A stretch of DNA of 64,000 bases from Patescibacteria group bacterium (GCA_038064495.1 JBBTSZ010000002.1:216934-280933); one strand, 5' to 3'. Shown: positions 9,419 to 18,882, counted from the stretch's first letter. Numbers and translations: made by a program. The notes: a model not told the origin generated them from the sequence alone.

Positions 9419-10564
9419 TTACACAACCGCACGGAGTCGATCTATGAGTGAATCAAGTGGAATAAACGTTTCGGTGTGGGTAGAGCGCTCGCGCAGAATG
9501 ACGGAGCGTTCAAGGGCTTCCTTGCGTCCCATAATAAGGAGGTACGGAGGATTCAAATTGTCGGCAAAGCGCATTTGCTCGGTAAGTGACTCAATACCAA
9601 TGGCCTGGGTCATCGGAATGCGCGCATGACGAAGCTGGTCAGCCATCTTCATGCTTTCACGCTTTGCTTCCTCGCCAATATGTACGAAAACAAAACGAGG
9701 ATGTTTCGTTTCTTTCGGAGCAACGACCGCAGAACGTTCTTCGGTTGCAATATGAATGACCGCACCCACAGAAGAGAAACTGTTCTTAAAGAAATGCTTT
9801 GAAAGCTCAGTGTAGCGAGAGCCCCATGCCTGAATGGACGCATCGGTGAGTATTTCAAAACACGTTTCCGACCAGGACATGCCACGAGAAAGAATATCGG
9901 GTGCGAGTTCGTACGGCGTATCCGTTGCTTCAAGGTATTCAAGGACACCTTCAAAGTGTTTTCGGCTTGCTTCAGAGAGGTGATCCGTTGGGGAAGGAAT
10001 ATCGCATTCGAGTCCCTCACATTTCGTGAGGCGCTCAGCAGCCTCAAACACGTCGGTGCGTGCGCAGGTGACGCAATCAGCAGGAAGGATTGGTCCGTTC
10101 TTTCTGAAGAAGGTGGTGAGTTCGCGTGCAAAGCGACTTCGCGTCTCCTTGTCTCCCATAGAGTTGAGGCGAAGACGCGGCTCGTGTTTCGTGATGTCTC
10201 CAATGAACGAGCGCACCGCGCGAATGAGTACGGCGTCAGCAATCGCGTGGTCCACACCAAAGGCATGAAACTGTACGACGATGCCTTTCGGCGACGTGCG
10301 ACCCGGTGCAATGTTTGTGTGCCAGAGAAAGACGGGGGAAAGGGTAGACGGAGCAATACCGTTGTCGCGCATTTGCTTGAGAAGACCTGCGACATCGCGT
10401 GCTGCTGGGTCTAGCTTATCAAGGTTGATACTCTCAGGGTGAGCACCCTTAGTCTTCGTTCCTTTTTTCTTAGAGGAGAGTGAAGCAAGCGACGAGAACC
10501 CATAGTAATTTCCGACGGCATGTGCCCGGCGGAGTATGTCAGTTGGGCTCGCGATGGTACTCAT
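9419..10564 (-). CDS. histidyl-tRNA synthetase-like protein (HisS/HisZ family), divergent
   Basis: Motif-2-like QFHAFGVD, RGMSWSETCFE (like RGLDYYtgtvFE), and a C-terminal anticodon-binding-like segment FVFVHIGEE...YLLIMG. No clear motif 1. Confidence 0.45.
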   Translation of the reverse strand: MSTIASPTDILRRAHAVGNYYGFSSLASLSSKKKGTKTKGAHPESINLDKLDPAARDVAGLLKQMRDNGIAPSTLSPVFLWHTNIAPGRTSPKGIVVQFHAFGVDHAIADAVLIRAVRSFIGDITKHEPRLRLNSMGDKETRSRFARELTTFFRKNGPILPADCVTCARTDVFEAAERLTKCEGLECDIPSPTDHLSEASRKHFEGVLEYLEATDTPYELAPDILSRGMSWSETCFEILTDASIQAWGSRYTELSKHFFKNSFSSVGAVIHIATEERSAVVAPKETKHPRFVFVHIGEEAKRESMKMADQLRHARIPMTQAIGIESLTEQMRFADNLNPPYLLIMGRKEALERSVILRERSTHTETFIPLDSLIDRLRAVV

Positions 10565-11193
10565 TGCGGTTCGGTTACGGCGCCGGGTAGCGTGCCCACT
10601 TTGTTGAAAGGAAGGAGGCGCAGATACGCGCGTCCCATGATATTTGCTTTTGGTAGAGGGCCCCAGATACGTGAGTCGCTACTGCGTGGGCGGTTATCAC
10701 CCATGACGAAGTACTGTTCAGTACCAAGTGTGGTGTCCTGGGTGTACGTAGCGTCTTCAGCGACGACGTAGGACTCGTTCAAGGTCACCGTAGAACCATC
10801 CGTCTTGGTGACGGTGGTCTGCCCATGGTCTATGTGTACGGTCTCACCAGGTAGACCAATGATGCGCTTAATATAGAAGACGTTTGGGTCTCCCGGATAG
10901 CGGAAAATAATCACGTCACCACGTTTTGGTGCAGAAAAATGATAGGAGAACTCATCCACGATGAGATAATCAGAACTTTCAAACGTCGGATGCATTGATT
11001 CGCCTTCAACCACGAATGGTTGTGCGACGAACAAACGGATGGGGACGACGATGATAACAGCGAGAACGATGAACGTAAGAATCTCCTTGAACGCGCTCTC
11101 GAGGAACTTCATGTGAGGGTATTGTAGTCTTAGTTTTCTTTCCGTCAAATGTTGCGCTCGCGATGTTTGATTTTGTGGTACGCGTCGCCTCAA
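10561..11193 (-). CDS. lepB: signal peptidase I
   Basis: GESMHPTF (catalytic Ser box), GDNRPRSSDSRIWGP box E, N-terminal TM helix. Confidence 0.85.
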   Translation of the reverse strand: MRRRVPQNQTSRAQHLTERKLRLQYPHMKFLESAFKEILTFIVLAVIIVVPIRLFVAQPFVVEGESMHPTFESSDYLIVDEFSYHFSAPKRGDVIIFRYPGDPNVFYIKRIIGLPGETVHIDHGQTTVTKTDGSTVTLNESYVVAEDATYTQDTTLGTEQYFVMGDNRPRSSDSRIWGPLPKANIMGRAYLRLLPFNKVGTLPGAVTEPQ

Positions 11194-11376
11194 TCAGCGA
11201 CTCGGCACGCTCACTCTCGCTGCAACAAATGTGCTCGCAGCCGCCTTTCGGCTCGCACATTACCATGCTGTTGCAGCTGCGAGAGCCCACAAAATCAAAC
11301 ATCACTCGCTTCGGGGCACTGTCTATTGGACGCTTCAGTGAGACATGCTAGGTTCTAGCTAGAAAGGAGGCGTACA

Positions 11377-11538
11377 ATGTCTGACAATAAACGTACTCTG
11401 CAAGAAATTGCAGATGATTCCGGTCTCTCGAAGACTGAACTGACCAAACAAGCTATCAGTCTGCTTGCAAGCGCTGACACACCTGAAAAGCGTGCCCAGA
11501 TTATTAGGTTGGCAAGCAACGACTCTCTTGAAGAATAG
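11377..11538 (+). CDS. small hypothetical protein (53 aa, MSDNKRTLQEIADDSGLSK...)
   Basis: RBS gaaaggagg 7 nt upstream; followed by a perfect terminator hairpin. Not in the ORF track (<60 aa). Confidence 0.35.
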   Translation: MSDNKRTLQEIADDSGLSKTELTKQAISLLASADTPEKRAQIIRLASNDSLEE

Positions 11539-11557
11539 TTTCAATTTTGAAAACAAT

Positions 11558-11590
11558 GAGGCGGCCATGTGGCCGCCTCAAGTCTTTATA
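11558..11590 (+). terminator. palindromic hairpin GAGGCGGCCA-tg-TGGCCGCCTC
   Basis: Perfect 10-bp stem 20 nt after the small-ORF stop. Confidence 0.55.
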
Positions 11591-11843
11591 GTGCGGAGAG
11601 TATTTGCCCGTGGAGCCACGCCTTGGCCAACGTGGCTTGTGCATCGGTGAGTTCGGCTCGATGAACGAACTGCGCATTAATGCTTACCGCACGATCACCT
11701 TTCGTAAGGCGCGGGTTCGTCTCGAACCACCCGACGAAATCGTTAGTCGAAAAAATCCGGAGCTCAAAACGCTTTTCATCCGGTTGCACACCAGTACCTG
11801 ACCGCACGTATAGATCATGAGAAGCAAGATCTTTCATCACCAT
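11586..11843 (-). CDS. hypothetical protein (85 aa)
   Basis: ORF only; no recognisable family. Confidence 0.3.
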   Translation of the reverse strand: MVMKDLASHDLYVRSGTGVQPDEKRFELRIFSTNDFVGWFETNPRLTKGDRAVSINAQFVHRAELTDAQATLAKAWLHGQILSAL

Positions 11844-11913
11844 TCTCCCTGGAGCTATTCCAAAGTCTAAGTATAACAGTCACCGCGGACCCGTTACTAA
11901 ACGAAATGGTAGT

Positions 11914-12519
11914 ATGGCGGGAATGGCATACGTCATCATCGGTCTCGGAAATCCGGGAAAAGAATACGCAAAAACACGCCACAACGCGGGACGTATGGCG
12001 GCGGAGAAACTCCAAAAAGAATTTGGCTTTGATGATTTTGCGCTTCGTAAGTCGGCGCAGTCACTGGTGAGCGAAGGAGCGATTGAAGGCGAGAAAGTAG
12101 TGCTTGTTCTTCCTGAAGTGTTTATGAATCTTTCTGGGAAAGTCATTCCAAGTTTTGTAAAAAGCAAACCAGCTGCAAAAAAATTACTCATCATTCGCGA
12201 TGAGCTTGATATGCCACTTGGCACTATGAAAATGACCTTTGGACGGGGAAGTGGAGGACACAAAGGTGCTGAGAGCATCATGCGCGCACTCAAGACAAAA
12301 GAGTTTGCTCAAATCAAGATTGGTATTTCAGGATCCACAGCAAAAGGTAAGGTAAAGAAACCAGGGAGTGAAGAAAAAGTTATTAAGCACGTGATAGGGA
12401 AGTGGAAGCCGGAGGAAGAAACGAAACTCAGGAAGATGTTGAAAAAAACACAAGAAGCAACGGAACACTTCATTGCCGGAGACATAGAAAAAGCGATGCT
12501 CGTCGCGAATACAAAATAG
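11914..12519 (+). CDS. pth: peptidyl-tRNA hydrolase
   Basis: GLGNPGKEYAKTRHNAG N-terminal signature; C-terminal Lys-rich extension. Confidence 0.9.
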   Translation: MAGMAYVIIGLGNPGKEYAKTRHNAGRMAAEKLQKEFGFDDFALRKSAQSLVSEGAIEGEKVVLVLPEVFMNLSGKVIPSFVKSKPAAKKLLIIRDELDMPLGTMKMTFGRGSGGHKGAESIMRALKTKEFAQIKIGISGSTAKGKVKKPGSEEKVIKHVIGKWKPEEETKLRKMLKKTQEATEHFIAGDIEKAMLVANTK

Positions 12520-12544
12520 AAAAATGCCCCAATGGGGCATTTTT
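12520..12544. terminator. bidirectional hairpin AAAAATGCCCC-aat-GGGGCATTTTT between convergent pth and rpsA
   Basis: Perfect stem flanked by A/T runs on both sides. Confidence 0.7.
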
Positions 12545-12564
12545 CTATAGGACTCTCAAAAAAT

Positions 12565-12647
12565 TTCAGATGCGAGGCGCTGGCGAGGAGCGAAGCGAGT
12601 CGTATGTGCTATACGGTGAGCTGCTACCTGCGCCAGCAACAAAGCAG
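12565..12647. repeat. copy B of the roughly 85-nt repeated element, directly 3' of rpsA
   Basis: Same 16-mer ttcagatgcgaggcgc and terminal gcaacaaagcag as copy A at 7494..7577. Confidence 0.6.
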
Positions 12648-12671
12648 GTGAAGGATTTTTGAGAGGACTAC

Positions 12672-13799
12672 CTACTTCTTTTTTGGGTCGACATAGGTAA
12701 GTGTCATTCGCTGGTCCTTCGGCTCAAAGAGCGTGATGGTGAAGGGATAACTCTTGCCAAGTTCAAGTGACTCGCGTAATGCAGCAGGGGAGTCGAACTC
12801 ACTGATGTGGACGAGTCCAGCAACACCCTCCTCAATGGAAGCGAGTGCACCATGCTTGTTGTACTTGATGATGACACCGGAAACTTCCATACCCTTCTTG
12901 TAGCGATCGCTTGCGGTCTTCCATGGGTTCTCCTTGAGTGCCTTGATGGAAAGGGAAATCTTTCCGTCTTTGATCTCAATTACCTTTACGGAGACCTTGT
13001 CGCCAACGGTGAAGAGGGTACGAGGGTCTTCCACAAGGCCCCAATCAAGCTCGCTGATGTGCACGAGGCCTTCAAGACCCTGCTCGAGCTTTACGAAGAC
13101 ACCGAAGTCAACAGCTCCCGTTATCTCACCTTCAATCACGTCCCCAACTTGGTACTTATCAATGAGGTTTGCTTTCTCCTGCTCCTCGTCGCCTGCGCGC
13201 TCAGAGAAGATAAGTTTTCCTTCCTTAGCATCTGCCGTGATAATGCGGACCGGAAGGGCAACACCGACAAGCTTGAGAAGTTCTCCAAAGATTTTTTCTT
13301 TGTCTCCCTCAGGTACACGTGGGTAGTGCTCCTTAGCAAGCTGACTTGCTGGGAGGAAGCCCTGGATACCTTGCCATGAAAGGATGAGGCCACCTTTGTT
13401 TGCTTCTTCAACGGTGAGGTTGTAGACCACCTGTCCTGCGATAGCCTGTTCAGCTTCGCCCCAGATAGCAGCCTGACGAGCTTCCTTAAGTGAAAGTTCG
13501 ATGTAGCCATCAATGCCCGCAGCGTCAACGACTTTTGCCGTGATGAGGTCTCCTGGGTTTGCTTTACGAAGGACGTCAGCAGCGTTGAGGTACTCGCGAC
13601 CATAAATGATGCCGGTACCAAACGGTGGCAAGTCTACGTAGAGGCGTCCACGAACAAGCTCAATAATAGTGCCCTCCACCAAATCACCGGGACGCGGTGG
13701 GGTAGGGATGCTCTCAATAAGCCCCGCCATCGGGTGCTCAGGAGCAAGTACAATAGTGTTGACCACCAAAGGCGCGGCCTTCTTCTCTTCAGTTTCCAT
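12672..13799 (-). CDS. rpsA: 30S ribosomal protein S1 (short, about 4 S1 domains)
   Basis: Repeated S1/OB motifs (GDLVEGTI..., GDVIEGEI..., GMEVSGVI...). Confidence 0.8.
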   Translation of the reverse strand: METEEKKAAPLVVNTIVLAPEHPMAGLIESIPTPPRPGDLVEGTIIELVRGRLYVDLPPFGTGIIYGREYLNAADVLRKANPGDLITAKVVDAAGIDGYIELSLKEARQAAIWGEAEQAIAGQVVYNLTVEEANKGGLILSWQGIQGFLPASQLAKEHYPRVPEGDKEKIFGELLKLVGVALPVRIITADAKEGKLIFSERAGDEEQEKANLIDKYQVGDVIEGEITGAVDFGVFVKLEQGLEGLVHISELDWGLVEDPRTLFTVGDKVSVKVIEIKDGKISLSIKALKENPWKTASDRYKKGMEVSGVIIKYNKHGALASIEEGVAGLVHISEFDSPAALRESLELGKSYPFTITLFEPKDQRMTLTYVDPKKK

Positions 13800-13858
13800 A
13801 ATCTTTTATAGGGCGAAATTAAAAATTTCGCGTGTAGCGGGACTTTTGTGGAGGGTAT

Positions 13859-13894
13859 CCAGCCCCAGATTGAGAAAATCCAATCTGGGGCTGG
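13859..13894. other. perfect 14-bp hairpin CCAGCCCCAGATTG/CAATCTGGGGCTGG in the rpsA upstream region
   Basis: Inverted repeat seen in the sequence. Confidence 0.5.
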
Positions 13895-13970
13895 AGGTTA
13901 GCCCACACACGACTCGTCAGACGCTGTAAATGAACCTACGGAATATAGCAAAGAGTGAGGAAAATGAAAA

Positions 13971-13994
13971 GGCCCGGACGTAAACGTCCGGGCC
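13971..13994. other. perfect 10-bp palindromic hairpin GGCCCGGACG-taaa-CGTCCGGGCC
   Basis: Inverted repeat seen in the sequence. Confidence 0.5.
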
Positions 13995-14020
13995 TCCTGT
14001 GCAACCACACCCATTTTCAA

Positions 14021-14029
14021 GGGGGGGGG
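14021..14029. repeat. G9 homopolymer tract
   Basis: gggggggggc, in a noncoding context. Confidence 0.9.
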
Positions 14030-14550
14030 CGAAAAACGAGCAGGGAAGCACAAGCTCTTTGCTAGGCATTGGGCGCCGGCGATTTCCTAGATCGCGGCCG
14101 ACGCCGCCAGGCCGGCTGGTGAAGATGATGTGATCGCAGTATCCGCGCGATCGAAGCCACAAAAAAAGATTCCGTCGAAAACGACGATGTTCACGGTGAA
14201 CGCATCCTTCTTCTCCTCGTTCGAGTCCTGTCTTCCCGCACAGTTGCGGGCACCTGGACCAAGGCAAGTTACCACAACCTTTTTCCTTGTCAAGTAAGGT
14301 GTGGATAACTTTTATCGCTGAAACGAGATGGTGGGGGACTCAGCCGTAGGAATCTTATTCTAGGCTCTATTCCTTACATTGCACTACCTCATATACTCGT
14401 ACACGAGCTTGCAGGCATATGGTACTGCGCCACGTACACCGCGTTTCCTGAATAAAAAAGCGTTCCAACTCCCCTGCTAAAATCCCACTTCCGACTCCCC
14501 TATTTCTTTGGTTTTTGGCGCTCCGAAGACTCGTTTTTTGGCTTACTTTA

Positions 14551-14559
14551 TGCTATAAT
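14551..14559 (+). promoter_or_regulatory. extended -10 promoter element TGcTATAAT, 11 nt upstream of the 14570 start codon (leaderless or near-leaderless transcript implied)
   Basis: Exact TGnTATAAT consensus. Confidence 0.5.
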
Positions 14560-14569
14560 CCCCTTATAT

Positions 14570-15211
14570 ATGGTTATTACGCACCACGGCGGTCAGTGTT
14601 TCAAAGTCACCTTTGGTGACTTGACCCTTGTGTTTGACCCAATTTCTAAGAAAGGCTCCGTCCCAGCTGTTCGCTTTGGAGCCGACATCGCTCTTGTATC
14701 TCGCAATCATCCGAACATGAATGGTATTGAGGAAGTCTCATTTGGTGGCAAGGAGACGTTTGCTATCACGGGTCCGGGTGAATATGAGCACTCCGGCGTC
14801 ACTATCCAGGGCTTTTTGACCAAGAGTGAATACGACCTCCCGAAAAATCAGGACGAGGCGGTGAACACGGTGTACGCCGTAAATCTTGAAGGTATGACGC
14901 TCGTACACCTCGGAGCGCTCAACGAACCGATGCTTTCGCACGAAGCACGAGAAGCCATTGATGAAATAGACGTGCTCTTCGTACCCATCGGAGGCGATGG
15001 CGTCCTGGATAGTGCACAAGCGGCAAAGCTTGCCGTGACGCTTGAACCACGCATCATTATCCCTATGCACTGGAGTGGTATGGGCGCACCAAAGTCTCTT
15101 GAAGCGTATTTGAAGGAGGAAGGTGAAGGAGCCGAAAAAATGGATAAACTGACGCTCAAGAAAAAAGACACAGCAGACAAAGACGGTGCTATTATTGTAA
15201 TCACGCCTTAG
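14570..15211 (+). CDS. metal-dependent hydrolase, MBL-fold (UPF0173/YtkL-like)
   Basis: MVITHHGGQCFKV start typical of UPF0173; later motifs are MBL-like. Confidence 0.65.
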   Translation: MVITHHGGQCFKVTFGDLTLVFDPISKKGSVPAVRFGADIALVSRNHPNMNGIEEVSFGGKETFAITGPGEYEHSGVTIQGFLTKSEYDLPKNQDEAVNTVYAVNLEGMTLVHLGALNEPMLSHEAREAIDEIDVLFVPIGGDGVLDSAQAAKLAVTLEPRIIIPMHWSGMGAPKSLEAYLKEEGEGAEKMDKLTLKKKDTADKDGAIIVITP

Positions 15212-15213
15212 AT

Positions 15214-15573
15214 ATGGAAACTCGTCGCGTCCACGAAGTCGTCCATGGTCTCCGCCAGAAACCGGAGCATGTGCGGGAGCGCATTGCCCTTCTGACCGCT
15301 GCCGGTAGCACCCTTGTCGTTGCACTCGGTTGGTTCGGTGTCATGAGTACGACGGGAGCTTTTTCTCTTGCACCAAATCTTCCCGCAAGCGACATTGCGC
15401 AAACGAAATCAAGTGTGACTGACGAGACGAACTTCAAAGCGCTTCTTGGAGCTGCGGGAGCTGCGATGGGAGCAACTTCTACCGCGCCAAACATTAAAGT
15501 CGTTGATACCAAGTCCTACTCCACGCTTGATGCGCCAACCCCCCCGCAAGATCAGACCGTCATTCATTTTTAA
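15214..15573 (+). CDS. small membrane protein, hypothetical
   Basis: One TM helix (LLTAAGSTLVVALGWFGV); 3-nt spacing after the preceding gene. Confidence 0.4.
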   Translation: METRRVHEVVHGLRQKPEHVRERIALLTAAGSTLVVALGWFGVMSTTGAFSLAPNLPASDIAQTKSSVTDETNFKALLGAAGAAMGATSTAPNIKVVDTKSYSTLDAPTPPQDQTVIHF

Positions 15574-15709
15574 GAACATGCCTAAAAATTCCATCTGCTT
15601 CGTTATGGGTCCCCATCACCTCATCCGCCGTATAGCACATACGTCTACTTCGGTGACGTACCTATGCCTCGCATCTGGAGCTTTTTTGGCATGTTCTAGC
15701 TAGTTATTT

Positions 15710-18178
15710 ATGGCAAAGAAAGTTGAAGTAGAGGGAGTAGCACCCGAGCCACGCGTGAGCGTGATTGATCAGTCCATTGTGGCTGAGATGCGTTCTAGCT
15801 ATTTGGATTACGCAATGTCCGTTATTACGAGTCGTGCACTCCCAGACGTACGTGATGGATTGAAGCCGGTACATCGCCGCATTCTGTTTTCCATGAAGCA
15901 GAACGGACTCACCGCATCTGCAAAGTTTCGTAAATCAGCAACCGTGGTGGGAGACGTGCTTGGTTCGTACCATCCGCATGGAGACGTTGCGGTGTACGAT
16001 GCGATGGTGAAGCTTGCGCAGGATTTCTCTACGCGCTATCCACTCGTACTTGGACAGGGAAACTTTGGTTCCATTGATGGCGACCCACCTGCTGCGTATC
16101 GCTACACCGAGGCAAAGATGTCACGCATTGCTGAGGAACTCCTCAAAGACCTTGATAAGGAAACGGTTGAGTGGGCGCCGAACTATGACGGTAGTAAGAA
16201 TGAGCCGACCGTGCTTCCTGCCGCCATTCCAAATCTCCTTTTAAACGGCACCTTGGGTATTGCGGTTGGTATGGCGACGAACATTCCTCCGCACAACCTG
16301 CGTGAGGTGGTTGAGGCAACCATGCATTTGATAGAGAACCCAGACGCGTCGGTGGACGACCTCCTCAAGTTTGTGAAAGGTCCTGATTTTCCACTCGGTG
16401 CGATTGCGTTCAATCAGTCAGACATTAAGCACGCCTACACGACCGGTAAGGGTGGCGTGGTCGTACGTGGGGAAGCCGACATTGTGGAAGATAAGAAGGG
16501 AACGCAAATCATCATCACTTCCCTACCATTTCGTGTAAACAAAGCTGACCTCATTACCCGTATCGCAGACCTCGTGCGCGATAAGAAGCTTGAAGGCATC
16601 AAAGACCTTCGTGATGAGTCTGCGGCGGATATACGCGTGGTCGTGGAGATGAAGGGCTCAGCGCATCCACAAACGGTCTTGAACTCGCTTTACAAGCACA
16701 CCGAGCTAGAAAGCACCTTCCACTACAACATGCTCGCGCTCGTGGATGGCGTTCCGCAGACCCTCTCTCTCAAGGGCATGCTTGAGAATTTCATCGCGCA
16801 TCGTCAGGTGGTGGTGAAGCGTCGTACCGAGTACGACCTTCGGAAGGCAGAAGAGCGTGAGCACATTCTCCTTGGTCTCTCTAAGGCGCTGGACCATATT
16901 GATGAGGTCATTAAAATTATCCGCGCATCAAAGGACGTTCCGACGGCGTCTGCAGCGCTCATAAAAAAATTCGCTTTTACGCCTATACAGACGGCAGCCA
17001 TCCTTGCCATGCGTCTCCAGACACTTGCCGGTCTTGAACGCAAGAAGATTGAGGACGAGCTTGCTGAGATTCAAGAACTCATCAAGAGGCTCAAGAAAAT
17101 CCTTTCATCCCTCAAAAATATTCTTGACGTCGTGAAGGCGGAACTCTCGGAAGTTTCAGAGAAATACGGTGACGAGCGACGTACAAAGATAGTAAAAGGT
17201 GGCGTTAAAAACATTTCCGTAGAAGATTTGATTGCGGACGATGAGTCCGTGCTTGTACTTACTGCAGGTGGCTACGTGAAGCGTACGAATCCGGACGAAT
17301 ACAAAGCGCAGAAACGTGGCGGCGTGGGTGTGATTGATATGTCCACGAAGGAAGAAGATGTGGTAACACACTTCCTCGTAGCGTCTGCACACTCGGACCT
17401 CCTCTTCTTTACGGACAAAGGCAAGGCATATCAAACAAAAATGTATGACATTCCGGAGGGACGTCGCGCCACAAAAGGAAAGTCCATTATGAATTTCCTT
17501 CCGCTTGCGGCTGACGAAAAAGTAACGAGTGTCCTTCCGGTACCAAAGGGTGCAGCGCGTGACGCGATGAGTGTCTTTTTTGTAACGAGTGAAGGCGTCG
17601 TGAAGAAAGTGGAAGCAAAGAATTTTGCTGATGTACGTCGTTCCGGCATTATTGCGATTGCGCTCAAGGGTTCCGACAAGCTCGTTTCCGCGTCGCTTTC
17701 AGGCGATGGGGACTCAATGTCCATCGTGACGTCAAAGGGCCAGTCCATTCGTTTTGATGAGTCAGATGTGCGAGCAATGGGACGAACGGCCGCAGGTGTG
17801 CGCGGTATGACTGTCAAAAAGGACGATTATGTCGTTTCTGCTGAGGTGGTCTCTGGTATGGAGAAAGGAGCAACACTTTTGGTGATTATGGATAAGGGAT
17901 ACGGAAAGAAAACAGTACTGTCTGAATACAAGATTCAAGGACGCGGTGGTTCCGGTATCAAGACCGCCGAAGTAACTTCGAAGACGGGAAGTATCATTGG
18001 CGCGAAGGTCATTTCCGGTGACGTAGAAAAGGCAGAAGAGATTGTCGTCATCTCAAAGAAAGGACAGGTCATCCGCTGTTCTGCAGGAGAGATTCCTTCC
18101 CTATCACGCGCGACCCAGGGCGTGCGGATTATGAAGATGCGGGAGGGCGATTCGATCGCTAGTATGGTAGCGCTGTAA
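15710..18178 (+). CDS. gyrA: DNA gyrase subunit A
   Basis: Active-site region [24 protein letters not shown], 822 aa with a C-terminal beta-pinwheel region. Confidence 0.9.
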   Translation: MAKKVEVEGVAPEPRVSVIDQSIVAEMRSSYLDYAMSVITSRALPDVRDGLKPVHRRILFSMKQNGLTASAKFRKSATVVGDVLGSYHPHGDVAVYDAMVKLAQDFSTRYPLVLGQGNFGSIDGDPPAAYRYTEAKMSRIAEELLKDLDKETVEWAPNYDGSKNEPTVLPAAIPNLLLNGTLGIAVGMATNIPPHNLREVVEATMHLIENPDASVDDLLKFVKGPDFPLGAIAFNQSDIKHAYTTGKGGVVVRGEADIVEDKKGTQIIITSLPFRVNKADLITRIADLVRDKKLEGIKDLRDESAADIRVVVEMKGSAHPQTVLNSLYKHTELESTFHYNMLALVDGVPQTLSLKGMLENFIAHRQVVVKRRTEYDLRKAEEREHILLGLSKALDHIDEVIKIIRASKDVPTASAALIKKFAFTPIQTAAILAMRLQTLAGLERKKIEDELAEIQELIKRLKKILSSLKNILDVVKAELSEVSEKYGDERRTKIVKGGVKNISVEDLIADDESVLVLTAGGYVKRTNPDEYKAQKRGGVGVIDMSTKEEDVVTHFLVASAHSDLLFFTDKGKAYQTKMYDIPEGRRATKGKSIMNFLPLAADEKVTSVLPVPKGAARDAMSVFFVTSEGVVKKVEAKNFADVRRSGIIAIALKGSDKLVSASLSGDGDSMSIVTSKGQSIRFDESDVRAMGRTAAGVRGMTVKKDDYVVSAEVVSGMEKGATLLVIMDKGYGKKTVLSEYKIQGRGGSGIKTAEVTSKTGSIIGAKVISGDVEKAEEIVVISKKGQVIRCSAGEIPSLSRATQGVRIMKMREGDSIASMVAL

Positions 18179-18222
18179 TCGCACCCTTCGTTTGCTTGTG
18201 CTAAAGTGCGCTCGGAAAGGAG

Positions 18223-18720
18223 ATGCACATGAGGAGAAAACGAGCTCCGGTGCGGGCGTGTGGCGGATGCACTGCCTGCTGCAAAACGCACGAGGTACGA
18301 AAAGTGCTGAAAAAGCCGCCAGGTGAGTGGTGCACGCACTGTGAACAAGGAGTCGGATGTCATATATATGAGACCCGGCCACAGCCATGCAAAGTCTATG
18401 AGTGTGCGTGGGCACAAGGACATGGAACCGAAGCGGAGCGTCCGGACAAATGCGGTGTCGTCGTTGATGTACAGAGAACACCGAATCAACATCTTGCTTT
18501 CGTTTGTATCTGGGAGGTTGAGGAGGGTGAAGTTGAGAAGGAGTACGCACAACAGCAACGGAAGTGGTATTTGAATCACGGCATGTGCGTACTGTTTGTA
18601 CGGTTACAAGGAAGCCGTACCGTGACTTTTCCGTTGGAAGTCCCATTCACGCAAGCACTGAAGGATGATTTTCTTGCGCTTGGGGTTACTCGTCTTCAAC
18701 GCTTGCAGCGAGTTGGGTGA
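18223..18720 (+). CDS. YkgJ-family Cys-rich protein (CxxCxxCC putative Fe-S/zinc-chelating domain)
   Basis: CGGCTACCK followed by further Cys pairs (CTHC, GCH, CKVYEC). Confidence 0.55.
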   Translation: MHMRRKRAPVRACGGCTACCKTHEVRKVLKKPPGEWCTHCEQGVGCHIYETRPQPCKVYECAWAQGHGTEAERPDKCGVVVDVQRTPNQHLAFVCIWEVEEGEVEKEYAQQQRKWYLNHGMCVLFVRLQGSRTVTFPLEVPFTQALKDDFLALGVTRLQRLQRVG

Positions 18721-18725
18721 ATAAC

Positions 18726-18757
18726 GGGCCGCCACTACCGGCGGCCCGTGTTATTTT
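18726..18757 (+). terminator. hairpin GGGCCGCC-acta-CGGCGGCCC plus TGTTATTTTT
   Basis: Perfect stem plus T tract just after the 18720 stop. Confidence 0.7.
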
Positions 18758-18765
18758 TACAGTAT

Positions 18766-18882
18766 GCATCCCGTTAGAAATCGCGGACGCTCATCTACAT
18801 ACAACATGATCGACATTTATAGAACTAATCGAGTGGGGTACGGAGGCACGAAGCTGTCCGCGTCCTATTTCTAACGGGATGC
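18766..18882. other. 117-nt element closed by a 16-bp perfect long-range inverted repeat (GCATCCCGTTAGAAAT ... ATTTCTAACGGGATGC) with an inner 7-bp helix; overlaps the annotated start of the downstream methyltransferase
   Basis: Seen in the sequence; a candidate structured RNA or cis-regulatory element. Confidence 0.4.

Noticed and set aside
13965-14000. RNase P RNA P4-like string GTCCGGGCC within the perfect palindrome
   Set aside because: The flanking sequence lacks the AGGAAAGTCCGGGCTCC context and other universally conserved RNase P blocks on either strand.
13917-14293. Minus-strand ORFs 13917..14267 and 14087..14293 in the long gene-free region
   Set aside because: They are Arg/Cys/Gly-rich translations of GC-rich hairpin DNA and unlikely to be proteins.
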